Positions 10,610 through 23,740 of a DNA stretch of 64,000 nucleotides are shown piece by piece. The position numbers and the translations under genes were made by a program. The stretch comes from Hydrurus foetidus (taxonomy: Eukaryota): assembly GCA_900617105.1 (NCBI GenBank), contig UYFQ01000549.1:1-64000 (forward strand), in the 5' to 3' direction. Under the pieces are notes generated by a model that saw only the letters and a program-made list of their open reading frames with translations, did not search any database and was not told the DNA's origin. Position 1 is the first letter of the stretch. Each line of letters begins with the position of its first letter.

Positions 10610-13600
10610 TCATACGATTTGAATTCTTTCGTTTATTGCTCTGCTAGAGGCGCGTGGCTGATTCATAACCATGACGTGTTTCACTTCACTAGCACCGAGT
10701 GATGAGGAGCTGCGGTGATCTTCGGACGCGGCAGTGTAGTCCGAGTCGATAAGCGCATCTCTGTCGGTACCATCAGCTTCGTCTCTCTTCGAGACCCTCA
10801 CGGCAGCATCAGAAAAGTCAACGCCTCTGCCTCGATCATGGGCAATATCTACCCCCTTCATTTCCGCTTTTGCAGTGAGTAAGTGCGGAAAAGCCTTCAC
10901 TCTGTCTGAGTGCTGCGATGTAAGCAGATCTTGCGCAGCTGTTGTGATGTCACTGTGTCCCCTCCCCCCTTCTGTCCCACTCGCACTAGAAACCTCAGGG
11001 GCTTCAGGTGTGCACTCTACAGAAGATGTTCCGACCCGTAGCTGCAGTGCGTCATCAAGTGCTGTAGATCTGACTGAAGATGATGACGACGCGATATTGT
11101 CCGTTCTTTCGGTGCTGCTGCCTGCCGGTGTTTTCAACGGAATGTTCTGATTCCTTTGAACCCTATCACCATTTGAGATAAATCCTGGTTGAACTTGAGG
11201 GCTCACTAAATCTTCTGTTGTCGCTGTTGTAGAGGAGGAGGGAGAGGAAGTGTTCTGGCGCGCGGTCAATCCCAAGTCAAGTGATCCAATCGGCCTCATC
11301 ACTGAAGATGTAACGGGGACGATTTTCTTCGCCAGGATGTCGGCTACCTGAGGATTTCTCGTGTTGGGATTAAACGGAACAGAGGGGTGCAACGTTGCAA
11401 ATGAAGACGAAAAGTGGGAGGCAGTCGCAGTCGCGTCGGCATGTAAAGATGAAGATGTCAAAGCCTCAGTATCGAACGTCCCTGGGTTTTCGCAGCATCT
11501 GTTGAGGTCCGAGAGCAGTGCAGGATCCCTCTCCCTGAAGGCAACACGGAGGGAAGGAGTGATGTGCAGGGAGTTTCTCCAAGACAGAGACAGCAGCACT
11601 CCGTCATGTCTAGGAGATGCGAGGTCCAGGGACACTTCCTCCATATCATCCGATACGGAGTCAGCAGCGTCTCCACTAGGTGTTATTTCGGATGTTGTCA
11701 CGGAATCTGTAGATCCAGGTTCTGGAGAGGGACTGGGTTTATCTGCTACTGGGGCTGCTGTCCTCCCCCATATTGAGAACAATCCGAAGACGCCCGAGGA
11801 CACAGTGGGGGTGGGGGTGAGGGTAGGGATGGGTTTGATACTAGATGGTAGCTGGAGTGGAGCGAGAGCTGTATCTATATTGCAATGAAAACAAGATTAG
11901 AAAGATCAACAAGATTTGTAAAAGTAGGAGCATCAGGTGAATCGAAGGATTTAAGTCAAGTTTAGGTTTCCATGTTTTGTACCTGTGCTGACGGACTTTT
12001 GAACCAATTTCTTGAAGGGCTTGGGCTTGAGCAGTTTATATAAAGAAATGGTCATGTTGACAACTTCTTCATACTGATCCGATCCCACTTCAAGCGCACC
12101 CACATTGGATGACAGTAAACTAGTCAGCTTGCACCAATAAGCCCTAAAGTCTGGACTGGTGTACAATTCTGTTATGTGTGCTACAAAAAGTTCAAATAAG
12201 GACTTGCAGCAACGCAAGCTGTGTACTGTGGACCAGATTCCGTCTTTATCTCTCCTGTGTGGGGTGCATGCGATGGCTAGTGGGAGTCGGGTGAGCAGTT
12301 CCCCAACTGCCCTGGACCAAGTGTTATCCGGTAAGCTGGCCGCCTCTCCAGCTAATAATGTAGCCTGCATGTGGTTGCAATAATGATTGTCGGTTAAACA
12401 GGCTGAAAAGATGGGAGAAGATCATTCAAATGAAGAGAAGGGGACAAGCAGAAGTGCACGATAGATAGAGAGAGAAGAAGGGAATGATGGCATTAAGATG
12501 TGCGTAGTTACCTTTAGACTAATGAGTGCTTTCTCGGCGAGTGGCTTATGAGTGTTGCCACATACGTCAGCGAAGACCTTCAAAGGAACATAGTGAATCG
12601 AGAGGATGTGGTAACGTTAAGGGAAATGGTAACTCAGATCAACGTAAAAACGACTTGTACAAAATCTTCCACTATTACTTTTCCTTGCACATTTTTTTCG
12701 TTCAAATCACAAGAAAGACATTTTCCTAACCTTGACTGTCTCAAGCCAAAGCATCTCAACTTCATGTGGCTTTGCGAAATGTATCGAAGAGCTCGAACTC
12801 GTCCCGGGCACTGGTCCGGACCTTTTTAAGAATTGAAAAGCTGACCTATGGGGATCAGATTGTACCCCCTGGGTGACGTCATGAGCAGGGGCGGCAGATG
12901 AATTCAGAGTTGGTCCATTTTGTAGGTTCGGAACTTCAAGGTCCAGAGTCCCGTCTTCCTTCCCTTTGGGGTGGAGGTCTTCATTGACTTTGTATCCACT
13001 CATTGCCATGGCGTTCAGAACTGTTTTACGAATGAGTCAGCGGTTAACGTAGAGAGGTTTCAAGCGGGTAAGTTACTGAGTTACGAAGTAAGTGGATAAG
13101 TGACCGAGGGAGGGAGTGAATGTGATGGAGATATAAGTGACTTCAATCTCGTTCTTCAGCCAAAAAGAGAATAAAATCACTTATGACTGTAAATCAAAAC
13201 AGAAGTGATTCTCAGTATCAGAGTGCAGTGAAACGCACCGCATTATTTGTAATTGAAGGTTATTTCATGATTACGCCGAGACGTGGAGGATACGACAAAC
13301 AGAATGTAAGGTTTACTACTGATTGACTAATGACGACTATCGCTCTGCATTGTACCTTCCAGCAGACAAAGCGCTTCTTCCTGTCTCTGATGCATCCCTG
13401 TGTCGTCTGTGGCGAATGACGTGGTGGAAGGGGCAGAGCGCACCCACGACTGCAGGTCACATCTGCCTTCGTTGCTTTCCTCAGAGGGAAATGATCTGGA
13501 GAGAATGAAGAAAAAGAATATGAAGGAGGATAAGAAAAGGAGGAGGTGAAAAAGAACAAGAAGAAGAGGGAAGAGATGAAGAAGAGAGGAGAGAAGAAAA

Positions 13601-16600
13601 ATAAGTTCGGGGGAAATAAGATGGAAGGAAGAGAAAAGTTAGTGGGGAGAGAAGAAGGAAGAGAATAGGAAGGAGAAAGAGAATAAATTTGAAGAATCTT
13701 GAACTGAGGGTTCGACAACTTACGCGGACCATCATGCAGGAATGCTAGCTAATGCTGTGCTGAGAGTATCGATACAGTTCAAGGGTCGTGTTTCATTCAA
13801 TTGTCGTTTTTAATCGGGTACCAGCCCCCCACACAACAACACACAGCATATTTCATGCTGGGCGGTCCCCTTGGGGATAGTTTTTTTTTCAGTCATGGAA
13901 ATGCTGTGTGTTGTTGTGCGGGGGGCTGAAACCCGATTTTAGACGACAAATGAATTAAACACCACCCTTGAATTGTCAGCATAGTCTGATATTAACTCAC
14001 CCTTGAAGAAATCTCAGTATCAAGTGTCTGCATGGAGTGAAGTTCATGTCGTTGATGGCATCGCTGCCCATCAAGTAACGCACTGCCTCCCATGCGAATG
14101 GACGTCCAGCTGTAGTGGAGGCTGCGAGGGAGATAAAGCTAAAGACGAGGTACCACTGCTCTAAGGAGCTTATTCCGACACAACTGGGACCATGGGAGCT
14201 AACGGAGGAGATGGGCATGGTAAGGTGCAGAAAAAGTGGGGTAGGAAATGGCGCAGTAGAAGTGAAGATTTCTGTAGGATTTAACCAAGAAGCCGTTTGA
14301 ATCTTATGTCGTGTGAGGGTTGTCGTGAGGATATGCTAGATTATGAGGGTAGTAATGAGCACTGCATTGTTTTGTTGTCATTCACAGGGGTGTTTTTTAT
14401 ACGGAGATGCTGATAGCCAGAGGCCAGATAATGGCAGATAGATTAACATCATAGCGTCACACAGTGCTGGATATGTTTAGATTACCTTAGTATGCCGAGT
14501 ATCCCAGCACCTATTCTATCAGAAAGAGGATTGAGTATCTCACTGGGTAGGCCTCGAATCAGCCGTAAAGACAGCCACACTGACTGCAACCCGCTGTGCA
14601 CGGCTGAGGGTGTCATCGCGACAGGGCTGGCGAGACCAGTCCCCCAGGGGATGCTCCCCCATGGACCTTGGACCTCACTGGCTGTGCGGATTCCACCATT
14701 CGAAGAGGAAGTGTACTGCATTTTATCCGATTTGTTCTGGATGTCACTGCCTATACTTACACTCAAGGAGTTGATGTATTTTTCTTTCTCTCTTTCTCTC
14801 TCTCTATCAGATGATGAGGGGGCTATCAAGGACACGAGTTTAAGAATCATCATTATACAGTGCTCCAGGAAATAGGGACACTTCACATGAGCAGTGTCAA
14901 CTTTTTCTTCCACCATTTCCCTGTAAAATGCTGTTTGTAAATATACGCATAATAATAATAAGACAAAAATCAGTTATTGACTGAACACACTTTTCAGCTA
15001 AAACAAGTTGTGAAAGATTTGATGACCTATTTAAAGCAGATAATCTTACCGTGCATTTTCGGCCAAACAAGATGTACCCGCGCCTTATTGGCCGTAATTA
15101 TCCGGGATATCCAGCCGAGAAGAACGACTGCATCGACTTCCTTGTTACCGGTGCAGCTGAGAGCATTGAGATACTGCTTATACTGTGGATGCGACTTGGA
15201 GATGATCACATTAGAGACTACAGTACTGGTCAACAACTCATCCACTAGACCCTTCAGCAGTCCCAGTTGAGCTGTGATGATGGAGGTGTATTCTGCTCCA
15301 TCAACTTCAACGATCATGCGGAAGAGCAAGACATCTACGTGACTTGCAGCCATGCTGATCCTCAGAAGATTGTCAAAAGCATAGCCCACGTTCTTAGACA
15401 TGGCAGGAGCTGCGTTAGGAAAGTCCATTGCTGCATTTCTACTGGTGAATAGACAAGAGTTGCCATCAAGTATTATGTCTCTCCTCCCCTCTGACTCCTT
15501 GTCACTACCACTAACACCCATATTAGGATTATCCTGGAACAATATTCCACCCAAACTGGCTACAGAGTAGACCGATCCCCACAGAAATGAAGGTGCAAAG
15601 TCCCCATCTATGGCGTCATTCAATGAGGCAGAAAGATTCCTAGGAGCGCCCCTTGCCGCAAAGTGACAATCCAATGCAGCTTCGGAGTGGTTGAATTGAA
15701 ACGCAGACCCTAGGGGATTTTTGAAATCTAATGCGAGGGATGCGAGCTGTACGGGCAGAACACCTCTGCTACGTACGTACAACTAAAATGAAAAGAAAAA
15801 AAGAAATTGAAATTAAGTCAGAATGTCACCAAGTTAAATGATTCAAATGGATTGGGGTGCACATGTGCTGTCATAAAAATGCATACGTTCAGAAGAAGAT
15901 AGGCAATGATCAGAGAGATCAACACACTAGTCGATAAAGAGATAATCAGCTCCATAAACAGAGATGTAGATAGAGTAGTGGAAGATATAGTGTATAGTCA
16001 GTATGATGTACTCAATCTTACCATGAGTTTAGTGATAGCTTCCCAGGAATCAGCGCTCAGAAAAGATGTGCATCTAGCCGCTATGTGAAACACTAGTCGC
16101 AACATGACTTCTCCTCGTAACCTGTGCGTCTCCCTCCAATTCATTTTCACTTCTTCTGTGCCTGAAGAGGAGGGCGTGCATGAGGTCTCTTCACACGGCG
16201 CACTATTATCCACCTCACTTGTGTTGCCAGATATGAGAGACTCAAAGGGCAAATTGAGCAGGTTCGTTAGATTGATGATGCGCGCCTTGTACACCTCACT
16301 GACAGAACTCTCAATCGCCATCGCTTGAGAAGCAGCATTCCGTGAACTGTTCAAACTAATCTGCACGCGACTTGTGAGATTAAACACAAGATTGTTCAAG
16401 ATGTTTTTGAGATTGAATCCGATGCACACGCACGCGTAGGTCCATAGACCCTCTGTGATGCGCCGTATCATCTGGTCCTCATCAGTCAACTATACAGGGA
16501 GAATACGGTTAAATGAAAGAGATTAACGGGATTTTAATGAGTCACCGTACTGCTATTTAGCGAATCTCTACCACTATTGGCGATATTGAAATATGATATA

Positions 16601-19600
16601 AGATTGTATAACTATGACACTTCAAATTCATCTCCTTTCTTTTCTTGGCACGCCCCACTCCGTCTCCGTCTCCATCTATCCAATTGAGTCCTTTCAATGC
16701 CTACTGAACAATGACACATTCTTGTGACTCACCTCCCACACAGAGAGCAGTGCACCCAAGACAGGTGTAGCAGTGGCGATGAACATGTCCTTCTCGTGTG
16801 CTCCTACAGGATACGGATTGAGTTCACTGGTCTTGTATCTCGTCATGGAGTGAAAGTGAAGTCGAGCAGATGTGGTGGGGGTGAAAGAGGCAGGCACTTG
16901 GTCTTGAGTGCTTTTACGCAACATTTTATTCCATAACGCGCTATCAGTGAATACAAGCGCTGCACCAACGGAATCATTGATATCGATATCCATTTTTATT
17001 TCGTCTGATTTTATATCATCGTATAACCTGTCAAGGTATTCTTTTGGCAGATCTTTGCCGTCATTTATGCCCGCATTATTGCGTAAGAACTGCTCTCTAG
17101 TCATGCGTTTCGCATGAGGCAAATTCGGATTGTGCAAATCAGTATTTAGCATAATCGTAGAAAATGCCAATATGAAAGCTGCATCCCCGGATGCGAAGGG
17201 ATTGCCGGGTCCAAGGTCCCTGAAGAGCTTCTGGGCGAAAGACTCCATGAGTCGATCAATGCACTGGGCTTCACCAGGCAGACGAAATGATCCCAGAAAT
17301 TGTCTCAATGCTTTGTCAAAGCTGCATTTCGTGCCTGCACCGAAGTCGAACGTATCCACGTACAGACGCATCACCTCCGCGTTGTAGGGGTAAATATCTT
17401 TTGGACCCTTGCTGAGGAACTCACCGACTTGAGTTTTACCGAGGCCTTTGTTGAGAATAGAAAGTGTCATGTGCGTGAGGTAAGCATCGTTGAGAAGAGA
17501 AGAACTAAACATTTTTACGCCGGACATAGCAACAGATTAGCTTGCAGCAGTGAATGGTGTGGCGATGTGTACTCGCTGTGATACGGATTCTATCCAATCA
17601 ACATCGATGTGCAGTCAGGAATTTATACCAATTTGTTCGTACCTGGTGTGTTTTTCAAAAACTTGGCGACAGAGTCTGCGTCAGCGAATGCGAATTGATC
17701 CACGGTTTTAGGTTTCTCTTTACCTTTCTCCCTCTCTCTTTCTTTATCTTTATCCTCCACCTTTTTGTCGCTATTAGCCCTGTCCCTGCTTAAGAATGCA
17801 GCGGGGCGTACCAGTCCTAGGCTGAGGGCAAAGTGCACCCAGTCAGGTTTTAGGGGCTTTTCATTAAATTTCTCAGCTGCAAGACGTAGCCTCTGCTTTT
17901 TGAATTTCCTCTGTCGTAGCACTTCAGCAGTTTTTGCTCTTGCTAGAAGGAAGAAATCTGCATCATCATCCGCAGCTGTGAGGAAGTCCTGTCTTCCGTC
18001 AGTGCTCACTATCGCGGAGAAAGGAGAGCTATTGGCGTCTCTGAGGACCATCTGAGATGCCCTAGGGGTACTAGCAGTGCTGGCTGGGAGAGACAGACAG
18101 ATAGTCGTGCGGTCCCCCCCACTGTCGCTTATTTGATTGTGCGCTGACAGGGCAGCTGCTGTGAGCATGTCAACGTCCCTCTTGTCACTGATGCGATCTG
18201 GCTCTGAGGGGGTGGCGCGTGAGTTGTCCGTCATCAGCGCGCTCTCTGCTATATTCGACATACTCTCACTATTCTTCAATCCTTCTGAGTCCTCTTCATG
18301 GCACCATTGGTCCACTAGATGATCGGCTACAATCACTGCATTCGTCTTGTTCGGAGATGACGAAATCCGGCTGTCTGAGAGATCCTTGGTGTCGCAACCA
18401 GCATCCGATAAATTAGCCGTGTCTGCCGCCTCAGCTTTCAACAGTTTCGTTACGTTCCGAAGACCCTTTTTCGAATTATGGGCAATCTCACATTTCACAG
18501 CTATGGAGTGTAACACTGCGAACACACCGTCCAACGCAACTTTATTCAAAATACTCACTCTGGCACTGTTACCGTTGGTCGGGCTGACCGTCAGACTGGG
18601 AGGTTCGAAGTTGTGGCCCGCGCCCTTTGGGGCGATATTGGAGGAATTCTTTGCAGAAGACTTTTGGTTGTTCTGCGGAGTCGCTCTAACGCACAGCACA
18701 GATATGATGGAGTCAAACAGATTCGTGCACTGCACATCGCAGTCATAGTTGGTGTACAAGTCTTCCATTAACGACGGCTCTCTGCAGAATTCAAGAAGTG
18801 ATTCTAGAGCTAATTCTTCCTTCGCTAGACTGGCTGTGTGGAGGGGAAGAGCAATCGTACTCTTGCCACCCTTTACTCCATGAAGAGGAAGTATAGATGG
18901 CGCGAGTATTCTCAAATGCACAGAGGTGAGAAACACTTCGAGCTGGACTTTCATATGATTTTTAATAGACACGAATAAGTTGAATACAACTCGTAATGCC
19001 AAACTAAAAACTGCGAGATCATCTGATTGTGAGGCTCGCAGCAAATGTCTGCACACATCTCCTCTGATGCGGACACAAGAAGAGGTAAAAAGAAGTTTAA
19101 TCAGATATCAGACTAATGCAATGAGTTGCTAACAAAGATCAAGCAAATCTTTGTTCTCATTCTTATGCAAAAGTTTGATTTACTCTCAATCTGTTCAATC
19201 TATTTCACTGATTAGAATGCATGATTTACGTAAGACTTACCTCAGAACATCAACTAAAGGTGCAACAGTCCCCAGAGATGGCCCCCCCGCTTCAAGAGCG
19301 ATGTTGACCAAAGTTAGTGCAGATTTAACACCGTCAGCAGTGCGAGTAGATGAGTCCATTAGACTGCTGAAAACGGTCATTATCTTTCCAAGTAACAATG
19401 TCACACCGGCTGGGCCATCGAAGTCGTAGGACTCGCTTAGATTATCCCATGAGTTTCCCAAGACGTCAACGAAGAGACCGAAGTCACTTCCTACCTCAAG
19501 ATTTAAGAATTCATTATCCTTATCATCTTTCTCTGCTTTAGAGTAGATCTTCAACGAGGTGTGAGCCCTGCCAAATGTCATTAGAGTGAGATTTCTCAAA

Positions 19601-20175
19601 GCTGTCTCTGATTCGGAACGTAGAATTTTCGATGCCCTATACTGAGACTGCACGGAAATACAAGTACTGTAGATTTCCCAGGCGGCACGGACGTTGAGAA
19701 GTCGAGAAGCGTCACATCTGAGACACAATGTTGACAGTTCCAATAGCTTCATCAATATAACTTCATCGCTCTCCCAATCAGATTCCTCGAACACGCAGTG
19801 TGACACACATCTTGCGATAAGAGCAATTCCCTCACGCGCCCGAGGAAAATGGGGTGACAGGAAACCATAAGTAACAAACTTTGAGACTGAGCTCAGACAC
19901 GCGCTTGTCAGAGTTCCACTCGCTTTCTCGGAAATTATCACATGGTAGAAAGGAGATAGATACATGACACAGTCAACTTCACGTAAATCAAACATCCCCT
20001 CGAGATATTCGTTCAGCTTTCGAAAGGACCTGATCATAGGATTCTCATCGCTTGTGTTTGTAGAAACTCCGTCAGACAATCTGCCTTGTTGTGACCATCT
20101 GGTGTTCAGTCTCATCAAAGTGACGATAGAATGTATCTCGCCTTTAATACAGCTCACGGCATTGATTACTTCCAT
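10610..20175 (-). CDS. GBF1: Large Sec7-domain ARF guanine-nucleotide exchange factor, GBF1/GNOM/Gea type (multi-exon)
   Basis: DCB region (YLSPFYHVI..SGTLTSACLSSVSKF, SDEVILMKLL), HUS box (LYTNYDCD), Sec7 motifs FRLPGEAQCIDRLMESF and IMLNTDLHN. Junctions read directly: exon 1 20175-19241, exon 2 19063-17643, exon 3 17445-16733. Further exons at ~16490-15890, ~15780-15030, ~14900-14480, ~14310-14000, ~13010-12510, ~12370-11980 and ~11870-10610 have approximate boundaries. Confidence 0.9.
13775..13975. mobile_element. Foldback/MITE (Tc1/mariner-like) in a GBF1 intron
   Basis: About 80-bp imperfect inverted arms: CAGTTCAAGGGT...CAGCCCCCCACACAACAACACACAGCAT and ATGCTGTGTGTTGTTGTGCGGGGGGCTG...ACCCTTGAATTG. 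Left flank TA, right flank TC. Confidence 0.75.
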
Positions 20176-20522
20176 TTTTGGCGACAGATGCAAATTTTTG
20201 CCTGTTTCGAAGTCGGGAACTGTGGCCTAGTCGCAACGATCTCCAATATGAACAGATTCTGAAATATCTTGGATTATTCTCACCGCGAAGAAGATGCACA
20301 CATTGCAGCTCGATAAGGTTGATCGTCACAGTGCTCGAAAAATATTCTATAAAGCAGTCTCATCGCTGGGTGAGATCGATATTACAGTCGGAAGCTCCTA
20401 CAGGTCGAGAAAAAGAAAAATTGGTTTCGATAAAACCGGATAAATTTTTGGAAAAACCGGATAAATACACGGGGGGCCCTCCGTTTAGAGGCCCACAATG
20501 TACGCTCTAACTTAAGGCTCCT

Positions 20523-23500
20523 TGTGATGGAACTAGCATTACCTTGACTAGCGAAGTCTTACGGTAGAAGAAGCTGTAGCAACAGCTTGCTCCACTTGCT
20601 CGAGATTAGCGATGTGCTAAAGCTGGGCAACGATGTAGATCAATTGTGGTTAGCTTACAGACGCGAAGATGAATTTGTGACAAGTGAAGTTCGATTCAAG
20701 TTGAAGTTGCTGAGTGCGCAAGGTGAAATTAGACTAGTCTAGACTAGAGCCGAATTCTTAGGATAGTTGTGTTTAACATATTGGGATAGTGTTGTAGCGG
20801 AATGGTAGAGCAAGATGTTCGCACAAGGCAGAATGCCACATTGGTCTCACTTCTATCTTTTTATTTTTTCCGCCTTTGTTTCGTACATGTCTTTATTTGG
20901 GGTTTCGCTTTCGCCTCTGTTTCGTACGTGTTTTTCTTTGGGGTTTCGCGAAAAAAAGAAAAAGATAGAAGTGAGACCAATGTGGCATTCTACCTTGTGC
21001 GAACATCTTATTCTACCATTGAATGCCACAGCGTTGAGTGACGTGTATGGTCCACATGTGAATGATGAGAACGCATAAGTAAGAACGATCATAACACGTA
21101 ATGGTGAGTAAGCAGTGGATGTACGTATGGTACGTGATTCTTAGCGTCGTAGTACATACACTAAATTAGATATTCAAGAAACTAAACACATAGACTTGCT
21201 GTACTGCTACTGCATGTCTGACACTCCCCGTAGTGAAGGAATATCTGGTGTAAAGTTTACTTTGTATGACTCCCCATATTACTAGATACTCAACAATGTG
21301 AAGATTAAAGTGAAAAATAGCATGTGCATGATTGTAGAATATTAGAGATTATCTCGTAGTTGTCTATCGACTAATGAGTGAGTTAGCGCATTAAATAGAG
21401 ATTGGCTGACACGTTTTGTCCCAATATCGCTATGATTATTCTTTGAATCAATTTTTATTAACAAGCAGAACCCATCGGCAACCTTAGACTCTATCCAACT
21501 GTCTGCTAGATCAAGATGACGAAGGTTTCGGGTCATATGTGTGGATTTTGAGGCAAAAACGCAGGTTGCATTCTCTTCCTCGATGTGGTTAGGGTTAGTG
21601 TTAGGGTTATGGATATTTTGCACATGATGGACGTTTGTCATCTGTTGCATTATCGGGCTTTGAAAGGTTTTGACCAGTAAGAGGGTATGGTAGATGTTCA
21701 TCTCTGCTACCAGTCATGTTTGCAATCCACCATCCTTGACTGATCCATGTAGTAGTTGTACTCCTCATCATGATATGTGCCCACGAATGTTGCATCTGTG
21801 ATCTCATATTTGTGTTTGTTAAACGTGGCAACTATGAGATCCCATTCATGCATCATGATGTCGGGTCCAAACCAGCGGAAATCGTCACTGTGAGCCATCA
21901 GTAGGAGGGGCTGACCGTCGATCCATTTAAAGAATAACTTCAAGTCCTATGGCGTGTTACGATACCCACATTCTTCGACACATTTGTCGAACTCTTTAGA
22001 AAAGTTTTACCCAGCAGGGGGTACCGTATATGTCGCCCACCGCTTCGATGACATAATCGGATCCAACTGAGTATCCCTCTGGGGTGTTGATGTACCAGCG
22101 ATAGTTGGGATTGCTCCTTGTTACTAGATACGCTCCAATGATATCAGCTCCTTTCATCGGGAGATGGTATGCACTAAAAATACTGAGAACGATCTTGATT
22201 GAACAAGCTGATGCATTTCCACAGTTCACAGCGTTCGGGTCGTAGTCCATGTATGGAAGCATTTAATCTCCCCGCACGGCAAGGCGCGCCTTGTACGTAC
22301 CATCTATCTTGATGGAAAAGAGTCACATCATAGGGACTTTGTGTTGTCCCGTGTATGAGACAAGGTGAAGGCAGTGGTTCACTTCGAATTTTGTCGATTC
22401 CTTATCAATAGCTGCGGCCCAGACGGGAGACCTTATTGCATCTCTATAACACGAGGGTCGCGAATCTTGATAGCATGCATAGAGTAACATATTGGAGCAG
22501 ATCCTATATCATAGTCGGCTCGATGCTTATACCAGTACACTTGAATATCTTCAATGTTGTTATCAAGATTTTGGTGCAGCAGTATTTCTGTATCTGAGGA
22601 GTCCTGTTCCAGGGGAGCAGGTAACTGAATACTGGATTGAACAGGAGCATGATCTCGTGGAGGGTACTGCTCGTTTGTACTTGTGCTTTCTTCATGAACC
22701 ACCTCATTTGTATTTGTGCCTCCTTCATGAACCACCTCACTTGGAAATTCAGGTATGATTCCGGTAAAGTCATTCTGAACAGGAGCACTGATTTCCGACC
22801 AGTACACATACTCTTCTGCATCATCAAAGGTGATGTCTTTGCTGCACCGCATTTTGCCATAAACTCCTTTGCCATAATCTTGGACAACACAATATGCTCG
22901 GAACTCGGTAGATGTGAATGCATATCCGACTAAACGAGCATCGTATGCCCGAGAAAAACCGAGTTTGCCAGACCGTTGTTCTATCGGGATGTAGACGTAG
23001 CATTTTGCCCAGAAAGGATGGAGGTTCTTGATATCAATGTGGTTGCCCGTAATGAGATGGTACAGAGAATCCTCGATGGCTGAATGTAGGTTGAATGACT
23101 GTGTGACACAGGTATATTGAATCGCTAAGTCCCAGTACCGTTGTGGAGCACGAGGTGTTGGGGCAAGGAGAGCAGCATTTGCCGTGGCTGTAATGATTCC
23201 GACAGTACGTTCTGCTATACCGTTAGCATGCTTGTCTCGCGGTGCAGTTCGTTCAATTTCGTAATTGTGTGAAGCAAGGCGTGCAAGAAATTGTCGGGAC
23301 ATGTATGATGGTTCTGGATCCGTGCGGAATAATCTTCTTGTCATACTCCCGGTAATCTTCCATTGTGGATGACGGCCAAAGAACTCATCAATTCTTTCAC
23401 ACAAATCATCAGCGATTCTAGTCTTAGAGAATATTGGGTATACGTGTCGAGAATCAAGATCCGTGAACAAGTCGCAATACTTGCCACCCGCAAGGGAATA

Positions 23501-23740
23501 AGATCCATGTTGATAAGCATCCAATGAAAACTGCTGTCCAAATTTCATGGGCATGGGACGATGAGTACGATGTGGGTTGGTTGGTGTTTGTCGCATGGTG
23601 CCTTGCTCGACAGACTGGGCGTGAGAGTGATGCACCTTTGTTTGTGACGATGCATTTTTAGAATTCTTGCGGTGCCAGGCCATACCCTTCTCACCGGGGT
23701 GTCCTGTGACGCAACGAAGACGCTCATATAGTGACGAGGG
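20523..23740 (-). mobile_element. Decayed Copia copy C (same lineage as A/B): IN-RT-RH remnants, PPT and 3' LTR
   Basis: FSLDAY/FRTDPE/NGIAER integrase, AHSDDFRWFG RT, NHSDIGTKRV RNase H. The same CTTCACTACGGGGAG tract as copy B precedes TGTCAG at 21223. The far LTR end (~20523) is tentative. Confidence 0.85.

Noticed and set aside
13490..13700. Hydrophobic Phe/Ser/Leu ORFs 13260..13718 and 13481..13735
   Set aside because: A pyrimidine-rich low-complexity tract within a GBF1 intron.
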